Positions 15,787-27,400 of a stretch of 64,000 nt of DNA are shown piece after piece (the first letter of the stretch is position 1; each line of letters starts with the position of its first letter). Under the pieces are notes generated by a model, which ran no database searches, was not told where the DNA came from, and saw only the letters and a list, made by a program, of their open reading frames with translations. A program made the position numbers and the translations under genes. The stretch is from sequence record NC_048673.1. One strand, 5' to 3'.

Positions 15787-16845
15787 ATGAAAGTTAATAT
15801 TCTCAATGGGGTTAATAGAGCTACTGGTGGTAGTTTCAACCCACTCACTGACACTAAGTCAGAGGGAACTGATCTTATTATAGAAAATAAAAACTCTAAG
15901 AAACCCGGTATAAAGGCTTTACAGTACCCATTAACCATGAAGGGTAGTGACAACAAACACTCTTCCTATTTAGTTTTCTATGCTGTGAAACCAACAAATG
16001 GGGGGCTTAAAAACAGTGATATCCACGAACGTTCTATGAGGTCTGTTAAGGGTAAATTCAACGAAGAAACCCTAGCCGTTATTCAGCTATATATGCCAAA
16101 CATGAACGAAAACATTAGCCATAATTATGAAGATAACGATGGTGGATTCCTTCAAGATATAGTTATGAACTACCAAGCCAACGCATCAGAAAGAGATGGA
16201 ACATTAGATAGCATTGCAAACGGTGGTAAAGCCGTTGTAAACGCAATGGCACAAAAGGTTATCGTCTCCACTGGTGGTATTGCACAGCGATATAATTCTC
16301 AGGTAACTGGTAATTTGCTTGGTGATCGAGCCGCCCAAATGTATCGTGGTACTGGTGTACGTTCCCAAACATTTATATTTCAATTCCGACCGAGGTCTAT
16401 GGCAGAATTAAAAGAGGTTGGACAAATAATTAAAACTTTTATGGTTCTTAGTGCTGCCGAAAACAAAGGGGCTGTAGATCTTGCTTCTCTTGGAATTGGT
16501 ACTGATTCAGAACTTGGTGCGGGTGAAGGGTATACTTATCTCGAAGTACCACCTTTGTGGTTTATAGAAGAAAGGGTAAGTCAAAGTCAAGAACAGAAGA
16601 TTAGATTTACACCTAAATTCGCAATGGGTCCAGCCGGTATTAGTAATATCCGGATCAACAAAACCCCAGACCAAATATATGATACATTCGCGTCAACGGC
16701 TGCGGATTCCGTCGCAATAGATCTAGAAATAACTGTTACAGAACTTCGTCCGGTTTATCGCGATTACTGGGAAGCTCTTACATCAGATTTGGGTAATCCT
16801 GATTCTGGTGAATTCTTCTTCGGTTCGTATGGAGGTAAGAGATAA
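15787..16845 (+). CDS. 48: baseplate tail tube cap gp48
   Basis: LQYP, IQLYMP, RSQTFIFQFRP; lies before gene 53. Confidence 0.82.
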   Translation: MKVNILNGVNRATGGSFNPLTDTKSEGTDLIIENKNSKKPGIKALQYPLTMKGSDNKHSSYLVFYAVKPTNGGLKNSDIHERSMRSVKGKFNEETLAVIQLYMPNMNENISHNYEDNDGGFLQDIVMNYQANASERDGTLDSIANGGKAVVNAMAQKVIVSTGGIAQRYNSQVTGNLLGDRAAQMYRGTGVRSQTFIFQFRPRSMAELKEVGQIIKTFMVLSAAENKGAVDLASLGIGTDSELGAGEGYTYLEVPPLWFIEERVSQSQEQKIRFTPKFAMGPAGISNIRINKTPDQIYDTFASTAADSVAIDLEITVTELRPVYRDYWEALTSDLGNPDSGEFFFGSYGGKR

Positions 16846-17411
16846 TGCTATTTAACTATTTCCCCCCTATAAAATATAATGGGGCTCAAACTGCTGATAT
16901 ATTTCGTCCACATGGAAACTATTTTGATGATATTTTAAGCAAATTCATTGTAAGAAAATATATCGTCTCTGGTTCTCCTAGACCAGAAGTTGTTTCCTAC
17001 GATTTATATGGGGATACGAAATATTATTGGATCCTACTATTTCTTAACCAAGTATACGATCCTTTTTATGATTGGATATGTGAAGAAGAAATAGTTCATC
17101 AATATACAGCGCAAAAATATAAAAACCTACCAGCAAAAGAGGGAACTGTTTTATATCATATTGATGAAAATGGTGAGATGTATTTTCGTATGAAAGAATA
17201 TCCGGTTGGTTCTGGTGTTTGGTATGATGAAGGGGATACCGCTCATCTATATAAACAGTATGTCGGGACTTTAGTCCCTGTTACTGCCATAGAACATGAA
17301 TTAGCAACCAACGAATCCAAGAGAACCATAAACGTTTTAAATCCGTCAGATTTGGGTAGGTTTATGGATGAATACACAAGATTAATGGAGCGTATCCGTG
17401 GGAATAAGTAG
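16845..17411 (+). CDS. 53: baseplate wedge gp53
   Basis: RPEVVSYDLYGDTKYYWILLFLNQVYDPFYDW (LysM-like). Confidence 0.92.
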   Translation: MLFNYFPPIKYNGAQTADIFRPHGNYFDDILSKFIVRKYIVSGSPRPEVVSYDLYGDTKYYWILLFLNQVYDPFYDWICEEEIVHQYTAQKYKNLPAKEGTVLYHIDENGEMYFRMKEYPVGSGVWYDEGDTAHLYKQYVGTLVPVTAIEHELATNESKRTINVLNPSDLGRFMDEYTRLMERIRGNK

Positions 17412-18636
17412 ACGCAGTACGGCGGCGTATGAAAACTTTACCATTGAGCGTATTGTTTTCTTTCAAAGCCTTGATAGTGAAGGGTTTGATATAACTGATA
17501 TATTCAAATCCTTCTCCATATATGAAGGGATTAGTCAAGGGTTGCTGAAAGGCACCCTTGAATTTGTTGATTTCATGAATTTAATAAACTCAATTAATCC
17601 AAGAGGTGATGAGAAGGTACAAATAAGTTTTAGATCCGTACATTTAAACGGGGTGGATGCAAAAACGTATTCTAAAATATTCAAAGTTACTCGTTACGAA
17701 GATATTACAAACCCAAATACACAAACTCAAAAGTTTGTAAGACTTCATCTTGTATCCGAACAAGATCACAAGAATGAATATAGTCGGATCAGTAAAAGTT
17801 ATAAAGGGACATCCATTCATGCAATCGTTTCTGATATGCTCCGGGTGATTGGGTTCACTGACGAAACCATATTTGTCGAACCAACGCTTTATAACCGGGA
17901 TATTGTAATCCCAAATTTAACACCGATATCAGTTATTAATTTCTTAGCTTCTTCTGCACAATCATCGGATGTTAATTCAAAGGGTGATAGTAATTTCTAC
18001 TTTTATGAGGATGTAGATGGAGCCAAATTCAGAACTGGTACATCCATGATGGTTGGAGACCCGGTTGTTGACCTGATATTTGAAGCAACCCACGACACTA
18101 CAATGTATAACAAGATAATCAAGATGCAGCGTGTTAAGGGATACAACATACCAGAACAATATAGGAATGGTGGTTTAGGCGTTAACGTTCATTCGATGTC
18201 TTTGGATAAAAAGCTTTATACAAATAATTATCAGGACTATACGTCTGTAAAAGATGTATATCCAACACTAAACCCAGAACCGTGGTTTGGTGGTGATATA
18301 AAACCAGAAAGAAATGCATGTGTTTATTTCACAACAGAAGACCAGATGTATAAGTATATCAATATGGGTTCAAATGGTAACTCTCTTGGTATAAGAGCAA
18401 CAAACCGAACATCACTAAACGCAAAAAGAATGCTTATTCAAGTTGCCGGTAATTCGGACCTGAGTTGTGGTCAGGTGGTAAATATTATTGCTGGTGATAT
18501 GAATGGTGAAATGACATCAAAAGATGCAGGGCGCTGGCTTATCAACTCAATAAATCATGTCTGTACACAGGGCTCTTATATCATGAACTTAGAATTGATA
18601 TCTGATTCCGATACTAGAGGGAAGGATATACAATGA
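17398..18636 (+). CDS. 27: baseplate hub gp27-like protein
   Basis: SFSIYE, FYFYED, GNSDLSCGQ, GRWLINSINH; lies directly before gp5. Confidence 0.72.
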   Translation: MGISRRSTAAYENFTIERIVFFQSLDSEGFDITDIFKSFSIYEGISQGLLKGTLEFVDFMNLINSINPRGDEKVQISFRSVHLNGVDAKTYSKIFKVTRYEDITNPNTQTQKFVRLHLVSEQDHKNEYSRISKSYKGTSIHAIVSDMLRVIGFTDETIFVEPTLYNRDIVIPNLTPISVINFLASSAQSSDVNSKGDSNFYFYEDVDGAKFRTGTSMMVGDPVVDLIFEATHDTTMYNKIIKMQRVKGYNIPEQYRNGGLGVNVHSMSLDKKLYTNNYQDYTSVKDVYPTLNPEPWFGGDIKPERNACVYFTTEDQMYKYINMGSNGNSLGIRATNRTSLNAKRMLIQVAGNSDLSCGQVVNIIAGDMNGEMTSKDAGRWLINSINHVCTQGSYIMNLELISDSDTRGKDIQ

Positions 18637-20471
18637 AATTTGAATTCTTTTTTGGCGTTGTAGAGGATCGGTTTGATCCTCTTAATCAAGGTAGATATAG
18701 AGTTCGTGTGATGGGATACCACACTGACCAAAAATCAAAAGATGATTTGATTGGTATACCTACTGATGAACTTCTTTGGATGCGCTGTGCCACGTCAACG
18801 GATTCAGCCTCTATATCTGGTGTGGGAAATAGTCCAACAAACCTAGTAGAGGGTGTGTGGGTTATGGGGGTTTTCAAGGATGAATTTAAACAGGATGGTT
18901 TAATACTTTTTTCTATCCCCGGATCTTATGTCCAAAAACCAAATACTCTACGGGGATTCTGTGACCCAACAGGTCAATACCCTCGTTATATTGGTAACGA
19001 CGTTAATATATTAGCCGGTGGTGGACAAAAAGGGGCTGGTATTCATGGAACTGCCCCGGTGTCTATTGATGGAAAGCCGTTATCGGTTTATACTCAGGAT
19101 GAAAATACTTCTGGTGCATTAGCCCCTGATGACAAATCATTTGACGATGCAATCGCAGATGACGATCCGGATTTCACAATTGAAAAAATGTTGAAGGGGG
19201 ACGAAGGGGTTAGGAACAAATGGTATCTCGATTCTCTTGGATATCCAACCATAGGTATTGGTCATCTAATCATACATGAGAATACACGAAACGTAGCCCG
19301 TATAGATGCGATTCTAACCCAACAGTTGGGTCATCCTGTACAAGGGGGTGTGATCTCCCCAGAAGACGTTACAAAGCTGTTTAACGAGGATATCCAAAAG
19401 ACTCGTGCTGATATGATGAGATTCGAAAATATACGTCGTGTCTACGTCAAAGAAAATAGAAGTCGTCAAATGGCTTTAGAAAATATGGCGTTTCAGATGG
19501 GGGCTGGCGGATTAGCGAAATTCAAAAATACACTAAACGCTATGTATGAAGAACGTTGGCGAGATGCATATAATGGTATGCTCGACTCTCTTTGGGCTAG
19601 ACAAACTCCGGGTCGAGCGAATCGGGTTGCCAAGATTATTTTAACCGGAAACCTAGAGTCTTATGGAGTAAAACCAAAACCAGAGGAACCGCCTATTATC
19701 CCAATATCTGGGAGAATGAAGCGTTCTATTATGGCATTGTCCTCTCCGGTTGTTTTTGCTGACGAAGTAGACCCAGATGATCCGTCCGTTCCACCACCAC
19801 CTCGTACTGATGGTCTTCTTTTCGAAGAACCACCTAGCGCATATGCTGCTGAATACCCATATAACCATGTATATGAATCGGAGAGTGGTCATATTCAGGA
19901 ATTTGATGATACTCCGGGGAAAGAACGATATAACCTGAAACATACATCAGGGACGTATATTGAGATTTCTGGTGGTGGTCGTCAAGTAAACAAAGTTATG
20001 GGTGATGACTATGTTATCGATATGGCAAACCGGATGATCAACGTAAAGGGTGATTATCAGGTAGTTGTTGAAGGTAACGCGACTGTATACGTTATGGGTA
20101 ACTGTACCCAGCAAGTTGATGGAAACTTGACTCAGGTTGTCAAAGGAAACGTATCTGAATCGGTTTATGGTAACGTTGAACAGTCGGTGAAGGGGAACGT
20201 TAAGCAAACTGTTAACGGTGGCTTAGAATCGCGTATAGACGCTGATGTGACCCTATCTGTCGGTGGTAGTGTTGTTAGTGATATAGAAGGGAATTTAACT
20301 GCAACAGTTCAAGGTAATTGCAACGAGAACGTAGAAGGTGATATGAACCTTAATGTTTTTGGTGATTATACAGTTACTGTATCTGGTGACTATAAATCGC
20401 AAGCTGCTCAATCTCTTATTACCTCTCAAGGTACGACCGAGATTAGTGGTTCTACTGTTAGTATTAACTAA
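18633..20471 (+). CDS. 5: baseplate hub needle / tail lysozyme gp5
   Basis: OB-fold GVVEDRFDP; T4-lysozyme domain (DEG...YPTIGIGH, FQMG, WARQTPGRANRV); C-terminal VxGNxxxxV beta-helix repeats. Confidence 0.96.
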   Translation: MKFEFFFGVVEDRFDPLNQGRYRVRVMGYHTDQKSKDDLIGIPTDELLWMRCATSTDSASISGVGNSPTNLVEGVWVMGVFKDEFKQDGLILFSIPGSYVQKPNTLRGFCDPTGQYPRYIGNDVNILAGGGQKGAGIHGTAPVSIDGKPLSVYTQDENTSGALAPDDKSFDDAIADDDPDFTIEKMLKGDEGVRNKWYLDSLGYPTIGIGHLIIHENTRNVARIDAILTQQLGHPVQGGVISPEDVTKLFNEDIQKTRADMMRFENIRRVYVKENRSRQMALENMAFQMGAGGLAKFKNTLNAMYEERWRDAYNGMLDSLWARQTPGRANRVAKIILTGNLESYGVKPKPEEPPIIPISGRMKRSIMALSSPVVFADEVDPDDPSVPPPPRTDGLLFEEPPSAYAAEYPYNHVYESESGHIQEFDDTPGKERYNLKHTSGTYIEISGGGRQVNKVMGDDYVIDMANRMINVKGDYQVVVEGNATVYVMGNCTQQVDGNLTQVVKGNVSESVYGNVEQSVKGNVKQTVNGGLESRIDADVTLSVGGSVVSDIEGNLTATVQGNCNENVEGDMNLNVFGDYTVTVSGDYKSQAAQSLITSQGTTEISGSTVSIN

Positions 20472-20473
20472 CG

Positions 20474-20505
20474 AAAAGGGATCCCAAATCGGGATCCCTT
20501 TTGTT
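20474..20505. terminator. bidirectional terminator
   Basis: AAAAGGGATCCC-AAATC-GGGATCCCTTTT between convergent genes. Confidence 0.85.
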
Positions 20506-20781
20506 TTAGATGTCGTCTGCACTTCGTTTGATATATTCTTGGAGTGCTTCTTTTTCAAGTCCCCACACAAAAGATAGAGTGCCGCCACCTACATCAATTT
20601 CAAATGGACAGAAATCCCAATAAATGGTTTCTTTCATCTTTACTTCCATCAGAAGTTCTTCGTCTTCAACTTTATCAAAGTTCTTTTCGATAAAGTTTTT
20701 TAGTTCTCGACGAACTCGAAAATTATGAACCTGATTTTCTTTAAAACCAGCAAAATTAGTTCCTACATAAATTAGTTTCAT
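20506..20781 (-). CDS. hypothetical protein (counter-oriented)
   Basis: 91-aa ORF with AAGGA SD. Confidence 0.65.
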   Translation of the reverse strand: MKLIYVGTNFAGFKENQVHNFRVRRELKNFIEKNFDKVEDEELLMEVKMKETIYWDFCPFEIDVGGGTLSFVWGLEKEALQEYIKRSADDI

Positions 20782-20792
20782 ATTTATTTTCC

Positions 20793-21158
20793 TTATAGAG
20801 ATTCCAACATCTCGTCAATTCGATGTACTTGCTTCATCAATTCTTTGCGCAAAACCAATAAATCATTTTTGGTTTTGTTTACCTTCGGAGGTTCGTACGA
20901 TTCCACTTCATCTGGTTCCGCGATCATAAGGTATTCTTTCATCTCTTTCGAAGTAAAGATTGGGTTGAATTCATTTAGATTTTCATATCCTTCTATTTTA
21001 TAGATTTCATCTTCCTGTTTTTCATCGACAAAAAAGATATCCATACCAAGTGTTTCCACTATGATGCGATTATTTTCCTCGTTGCCATCTTTTTCTCCAA
21101 ACTGGATAAATTTTTCCATTGCTTCTTCGTTTTTGAATTTAAATTTATTATACATCAT
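20793..21158 (-). CDS. hypothetical protein (counter-oriented)
   Basis: 121-aa acidic ORF with AGGG SD. Confidence 0.7.
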   Translation of the reverse strand: MMYNKFKFKNEEAMEKFIQFGEKDGNEENNRIIVETLGMDIFFVDEKQEDEIYKIEGYENLNEFNPIFTSKEMKEYLMIAEPDEVESYEPPKVNKTKNDLLVLRKELMKQVHRIDEMLESL

Positions 21159-21202
21159 ATTATACCCTATATTTTATATGAACAACCCCTAAATACTCCA
21201 TA

Positions 21203-21730
21203 ATGGAGGATTTTTATATGGCACAAATTAACACACCTACCAACTGGAAGTCAACCATTTTTGATGGAGAAACTTCTGTGGATAGCTTGTTTAGCTATAC
21301 ACTAACCGCATCTGAACAACTGGTGAGTTTTACGGTGGTTCCATCAGAAGACCTATCACCAGATGGAATTTTTCTTGATGGTAACAGATTGCATGGGAAA
21401 GTCAATGACTATTTTGATGGGAAAGTAGATTTGGTTCTAAAGTATAGAGATAGGACATCTCTACAGATATCACAAACAAATTCGTTCGCTTCTTTACCAG
21501 AACCAACTACTTGTGACCTCATAGCATTTAATCCACCAAGCGAATTAAAAAAGGTTGTTACTTATACACAGACATTGGTTTATGACGATATTACTGACCC
21601 CACACTACCAATTAGAAAAACAGTTAGGGATTCTATAAATATGACTATCATAGGTTCTTTTGATGGTTGGGTTGTAAAATTTAGAGCGTATGTATCTTCG
21701 TCTGGGCCTTTTCCAAAATTGGGGATATGA
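21203..21730 (+). CDS. 5.1: gp5.1-like conserved protein
   Basis: Late promoter at 21189-21195; position between gene 5 and the PAAR gene. Confidence 0.6.
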   Translation: MEDFYMAQINTPTNWKSTIFDGETSVDSLFSYTLTASEQLVSFTVVPSEDLSPDGIFLDGNRLHGKVNDYFDGKVDLVLKYRDRTSLQISQTNSFASLPEPTTCDLIAFNPPSELKKVVTYTQTLVYDDITDPTLPIRKTVRDSINMTIIGSFDGWVVKFRAYVSSSGPFPKLGI

Positions 21731-22029
21731 AAATGGCAGGTTTAGTATTAAATGGCGCAAAAACTGTTGGGCCGGGGCCTTGGTTACCAAGTCAGGTTAT
21801 TGGAACCACAACTACGGTTTTTGCTAACGGAAAACAAATTCTAGTTAGAGAAGATGATAGGGTGATTACTCACATAAAGCCCGGTGATGACCCAAGTCCG
21901 AAGTCTGGACTTGTTATCGCCAGTAGCGCGAAAGTATTCATCGAAGGGAAACGGGTTGCGCAATTAGCAGATCTTTGTACAGAAGGGGAAGTTATTGTGG
22001 AATGTTCATCTAATGTATTTGTTGTTTGA
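21727..22029 (+). CDS. 5.4: PAAR spike-tip protein gp5.4
   Basis: VFANGK, SAKVFIEGKRVAQLADLC, SSNVF. Confidence 0.85.
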   Translation: MKMAGLVLNGAKTVGPGPWLPSQVIGTTTTVFANGKQILVREDDRVITHIKPGDDPSPKSGLVIASSAKVFIEGKRVAQLADLCTEGEVIVECSSNVFVV

Positions 22030-22466
22030 GGTTTATTATGGCTGGATTTTTTGGAAACAGATTAAAAATTATCACCAACGAGAAAACTGTCTATTATACA
22101 GATATAGACCCTAATTTTCGTCGTGATATAAAGACAAACGATGTTCTTATGACACAGAACATCGGTGCTGTGCAATTGTCAATGGCTGGTATTATAGCAA
22201 CTAGGAAGCGTGAAAAACCGTTTGATCCTGATTTCGGCTGTGATATTAGTGCAGAACTATTTGAATTAATGAATGATGCGTCAACTAGTGCGGTTGAACG
22301 AAGTATATATGATGCAATAAGAAACTATGAACCTCGTGTAAAATTGAGGCAGGTACAAGTCGTTCCTTTATACGACAGAAACGAATATATAGTTTCTATT
22401 TATTATTCTCTTATCACAAATTTATCAACTGTTGTTGAACTAAAAATGGAACTATCAAATGGCTAA
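22026..22466 (+). CDS. 25: baseplate wedge gp25
   Basis: YTDID, RKREKPFDPDFGC, IRNYEPRV. Confidence 0.92.
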   Translation: MRFIMAGFFGNRLKIITNEKTVYYTDIDPNFRRDIKTNDVLMTQNIGAVQLSMAGIIATRKREKPFDPDFGCDISAELFELMNDASTSAVERSIYDAIRNYEPRVKLRQVQVVPLYDRNEYIVSIYYSLITNLSTVVELKMELSNG

Positions 22467-24414
22467 TATTAACTCAGTTGAAATCCCAAACGTATTCAAA
22501 GAGAGTACCTTTGAAGGTTTCAAAACCAGATTACGGGATTTCTTTAAAAACCAATATGAATTTAAAGATTATGATTTTGAAGGGTCGAGATTGACTGTCC
22601 TGATAGAATCGATGGCTTATGCAATGCTATATCATCAGCAATTTGCAAACGGGGCTTTATTTGAAGGGTACAACCAAACTGCCCGTCTTCGTTCTTCTGT
22701 GGTTCAACACGCACAAGATAACGGGTATATGCCTTGGGGTATGAGTGCTAGTACTAATATGATACAGATCCAAGCGTATTATAGCCCGATTGATAGTAGT
22801 CCTCGTTCTATTACAATTCCGAAGGGTACTAAATTCACTGCTTCTATTGAAGAAGTTGAATTTTATGATTATGTAACTTGGGAAGACGTCGAGGTAATCC
22901 GTGGTATAGACAAACGATATATTACAGATCTTAACTTGGTTCAAGGTAGAATTATCAGAAACCAAATGACGTTTGGACAGGATGGAACTATTGTAATTCA
23001 GGATCCAAATATTGACCGTAGATATGTTAACGTTTATGTGAACGGGGCTAAATGGGAAGACTGGTCTAATAAACCGATTGTTCGTGTTGGTGGTACTTCG
23101 ACTGTTTTTTATCAACGAGAAACAATTGATAGTTTCACTGAAATATATTTCGGGGAAGGCGACTCTACCGTTGATACTAACGGTATGCTCCGCAGTAACT
23201 ACGTTGGTGGTTTAAAGCCTTCTGTAGGGGATACCATCGTTTTGGAATATATAAGCACCAAAGGAACCGCCGCTAATGGTTCTCGTGGTTTTGATTATGT
23301 GGATACAATTCCTAACTTGGTTGTTGAAGAGATTAGAGAAAACCCAACTCATCCTGACGGAATCAACGATGTGAATTATGTCGGATCTATTGGTGGTGGT
23401 GAAGTTGAGGATATAGAACGTATTCGTTCACTAGGTCCGGTAATGAGAGAGACACAGCGTCGTTGTGTTACTGCTTCCGACTACGAAACTTTCATATCTA
23501 GTCGATTTGGAAATATCGTTCAGGCTATCCAGTGTTATACCAACCCAGAAAAGCCGGGTTATGCATTCATTGCGATAAAGCCTCAAGATGGTTTATATCT
23601 GACTACTGTGCAGAAAGAAGACATCCAAAACTATCTGAGACCGTTTAACGTTAGTACGATTACTCCGGTTGTTCATAGTCCAAATTATATGTATGTGAAA
23701 ACCAATGCCAAGGTTACCTACGCAATAAACCAACTCCCACAAACAGAAGAATGGTTACAAGGTCAGATCTTGAATTCCATAGACCGTTATTATACGGAAG
23801 AGGTTGAAATCTTCAACGCTGGTTTCTATACATCCAAAATGAACAGTCGTATTGATAATACTGATGTGTCTATTCTTGGTACTGAAACAAAAATTGGACT
23901 TGTTCGAGAAATAGACAACTATCTAGTTAGTCCGATGAATGGTATTCAGTACAATAACGACCTAGTTGAAGGCTCTATCTATAGCACCGAAATAAAATAT
24001 ATCCATAACACAACAACAAGTTATGATGTTCATTATGTTGGTACTAAGAAGAACGATATTCCTGATCCGTCTGGGGTACACAGCGAAAATACTGGGTTGA
24101 TGTTGGTTGGACCCTTTGCTGCTGGTCATATATCTGGTGTTCAAGAATATACCGGAAGCGACTTTGATAGGAAAGAAATTGATGGGCGCAGTAAATACTA
24201 TGTAGTTGGATCTATAAATTATGAAATAGACCAAATCACATTCGACCTTGGCGTTCTCAATAAAGATCCAGATCAGTTTATTGCGGCATATATTGAATTA
24301 CATAGTGAACCAACTTCACTTAATATATTCCCGTCAGATGGTACATTGATCGTTTTTGAGAATAACCTACGTCCTCAATACACAACAATTGAAATGAACT
24401 CGGTGGTAATTTAA
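22459..24414 (+). CDS. 6: baseplate wedge gp6
   Basis: DYDFEGSRL, ARLRSSVV, QRRCVTASDY. Confidence 0.95.
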   Translation: MANINSVEIPNVFKESTFEGFKTRLRDFFKNQYEFKDYDFEGSRLTVLIESMAYAMLYHQQFANGALFEGYNQTARLRSSVVQHAQDNGYMPWGMSASTNMIQIQAYYSPIDSSPRSITIPKGTKFTASIEEVEFYDYVTWEDVEVIRGIDKRYITDLNLVQGRIIRNQMTFGQDGTIVIQDPNIDRRYVNVYVNGAKWEDWSNKPIVRVGGTSTVFYQRETIDSFTEIYFGEGDSTVDTNGMLRSNYVGGLKPSVGDTIVLEYISTKGTAANGSRGFDYVDTIPNLVVEEIRENPTHPDGINDVNYVGSIGGGEVEDIERIRSLGPVMRETQRRCVTASDYETFISSRFGNIVQAIQCYTNPEKPGYAFIAIKPQDGLYLTTVQKEDIQNYLRPFNVSTITPVVHSPNYMYVKTNAKVTYAINQLPQTEEWLQGQILNSIDRYYTEEVEIFNAGFYTSKMNSRIDNTDVSILGTETKIGLVREIDNYLVSPMNGIQYNNDLVEGSIYSTEIKYIHNTTTSYDVHYVGTKKNDIPDPSGVHSENTGLMLVGPFAAGHISGVQEYTGSDFDRKEIDGRSKYYVVGSINYEIDQITFDLGVLNKDPDQFIAAYIELHSEPTSLNIFPSDGTLIVFENNLRPQYTTIEMNSVVI

Positions 24415-24416
24415 AA

Positions 24417-27400
24417 ATGATAAAAGCTCCAACAATAACAAGTCTTCGCGTCGCCATGCTCGGCGCGAACTTCGTTCACCTAAAATGGGATGATGTAGGT
24501 TCGAACTATTTTTATATTGTCGAATACACCATCGTTTCAGGTACTGGGGTAGATAGTTGGACACAATTGGGGGTGGAATATTCCCCCGAATTTTTCAGTT
24601 CATCTCTCATTCCAGATACAAAATATAAATTTAGAATATCTACAACTCATCCCGGTTTGGAGCCGTCTGATTGGGTTGTTAGTGATGTAATAGAATCATT
24701 CACAACAAACGCATATCAAATAACTACCATGGAGAAATTCATTCCATCGTTTAAGTTTATTGATATGAAGTTGCATAAAAACAAGATGGATTATATCAAC
24801 CTCAATAGTGATGTGATTCAGGCTAGTTTGATGAATGAAAACTTTATATACGATCCTAGTATCTCAAACGTCACGAATATAGAAAATTTTGTTACTAGTG
24901 ACGATGAATACCATGAGATTTTGGGTTCTGTATCAAAAATTTGTCGGGATATTAATAGCGTTTACCTTGGCGCAAACCGTCGTGTTGTATACGCATTTGA
25001 AAAATATCAAAACTACTGTAAGGTAACTAATGACGGTGGGCAGAACTGGTATTACTACCAAGCTATTTCTGATCGCGTTGGATATCCAACCGGTAATACC
25101 GTAATGAGCCAAAACAGGAATACATCTTTCCTTCTTGGTTATGATTTTGCTTTTNTCAGACCTTCATTTTTGGTCGGATGATCAGCTTACATTTGTTAAG
25201 ATGGATACTGATTCGTCTATCCCATTTCCTACTATGTTCTTTGGGACTTTTGCCAAGTACCCAGACGATATCAGAAGAAAAGTAGAAGCTCAAACGTCCT
25301 CTAATATGTGGCTATATGCCGCTGCAAATGGTGTTGCTAGACGTATACGAGTATCTGGTGGTCCAACCGATAATGAAGGTAATATCATATGGGACCCGGA
25401 AGTCTTTACGATCTGTGATAATCCAAACGTAGTAGTTAAGAAAATGGATGTACTTAACGAGGTTTGTTATGCGCTGGTATCCGGTGAAGTAGATGCAGGG
25501 AAAGATAAAAGAGATCCGAAAAACGTAAAGAAATCTGTATATTCTGGTGTATATCGCCTCAACGAAAAATACAAGAAAGAAGATTTCATGTTGGGAAATA
25601 TGAATTTCTCCGACCCAACAGAAGATATTAATTTTGTAAATGGTATTGACGTTGGTCGTGAGATGGTAACTTTCCTTCCTGACGGTACACACGTTGGTAA
25701 AGTTTCTACTAGATGGGAATCTAGAGTATTCCAAGGTAGAACCCATGGAATGCAAATGAAAGTCAACTTTGTACCAAGTGATAGCCATGACTCGTTTGAG
25801 TTTATTGCTGATATCTATTCCGATCCAGTACAAAAGATAGTAGACCCGGTGAAATATAGTCGGTTTGTTGATGATTTTGCATATCCTAATATTTTTGACC
25901 TTTACCAAGAAGATGGGCAGATAGTAAAGCCTTCTGTTCCGGATGGTGGGTCATGGGAAAGAGTGTTTGGAAATACTGAGGATGAAAGGTATAATATCGA
26001 ACACAAATATTCCGATATGAGTGTTGATGGTACTAAATTATTTGTATCTGGTGCAACTTACAAATACACCAATACTATCGAAGATCTTGATACCGTTAAT
26101 AAATACCCGGATGATGTGACCTATGCGGTAAAATACAGTTCGGACTTTGGATATCTTAGTGAAAAGAAAGTTTTCATGTATCAATGGGAAACCGAAGATG
26201 GTGATGTTTTCTCCTTAAGACCAGCTAGATATTATAACGAGGCTGGGTTTGATTATATGGCTATGACTGGGGAGAGAGTTTGGAAAAACCATGAAAACCG
26301 AATAGTTCTTATAACACCTTCCACCAAATACCAATATAACATAGACCCTACACGGGAATATAACAAAGAAGTTTGGAATAAAGGTTCTGTAAAATTTTAT
26401 CTGAACAATATTAATTTCAAAAACTTTAGTAAGTATTGTAACGGTATTTTGATTCACACTGCCTACAATAGAGAGAATGGTCTTGGTGGGGAGATATTTG
26501 GATACTATGAGTTCCCTTATCGTGTTAGAGATGAAGCATCTGTATTTTGGAGACCAGAATATATCGCGTTGCAAGCTTCTTTGATAAACCAAGAAAGAGA
26601 AGTTGTTGAAGAGAAGAAGGATGATACAGGTATAATTGATCCAAATATCGCACCTATGTTGAGAATTATGGGTCCTGAACATTATTTCAACGACTCAAAT
26701 TACTCTAAGTTTGCTGAATATTATCTTCAATTCCTATCAGAAGGTACTGATTCGATGTATGGTAAACTTCTCAATTTCATCAAACTAAAATACCCGAGAG
26801 AGAAAGATTCTTTTGTATTTTTGTGGTCTGAGATGAGACGACGAAATATATATCTAGACCAAAACAAGAGAGATGAGGTTGTTAAATTCTTCGAAGCCAA
26901 CGCCAATAACTTTTATAGCTCAAAGGGAACTCTGGATAGTTATAAGTTCTTGTTCAAACTGCTATATGATGCCGATGTAGATATTGAAATCGAATCTCAA
27001 GTTGGGATAGATTATGATATACTGGTTAAGTCGTCTAATATCAGTACTGATCTTGTTGGAAGAACGATATTTACCAAAACTGGTCGAGCCAACGTTACCT
27101 ATATTGAACGTCAGTTTGTTGATGGTCAATTAAGATGGAAAATAACGATTCATAACCTTATTGGGAAGTTGGAAGTTGGGCAAGAAATAAAATCTGAATC
27201 TAGTTCTTTTGTTGGTGAAGTTACTCGGGGAGTTAAGGGTAAAGAGCTAGCATATTCCGACATAGATTATATAAACAGAAACAGATCTTACTATATGATG
27301 AGAATTCGTTCTGAATTGAACACATCTCGGTATAAGGATGATGTTATTCGGTTTGTTCATCCAGTTGGATTTGGATTTGTTGGTATTACTCTACTAACTG

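Noticed and set aside
19980-20400. Tandem repeat-like DNA in gene 5
   Set aside because: It encodes the known VxGNxxxxV beta-helix repeats of gp5; not a separate element.
25135-25181. Frameshift splitting gp7 into two ORFs
   Set aside because: It coincides with an N at 25155, and residues conserved in T4 gp7 appear to be missing there. This points to an assembly gap, not recoding.
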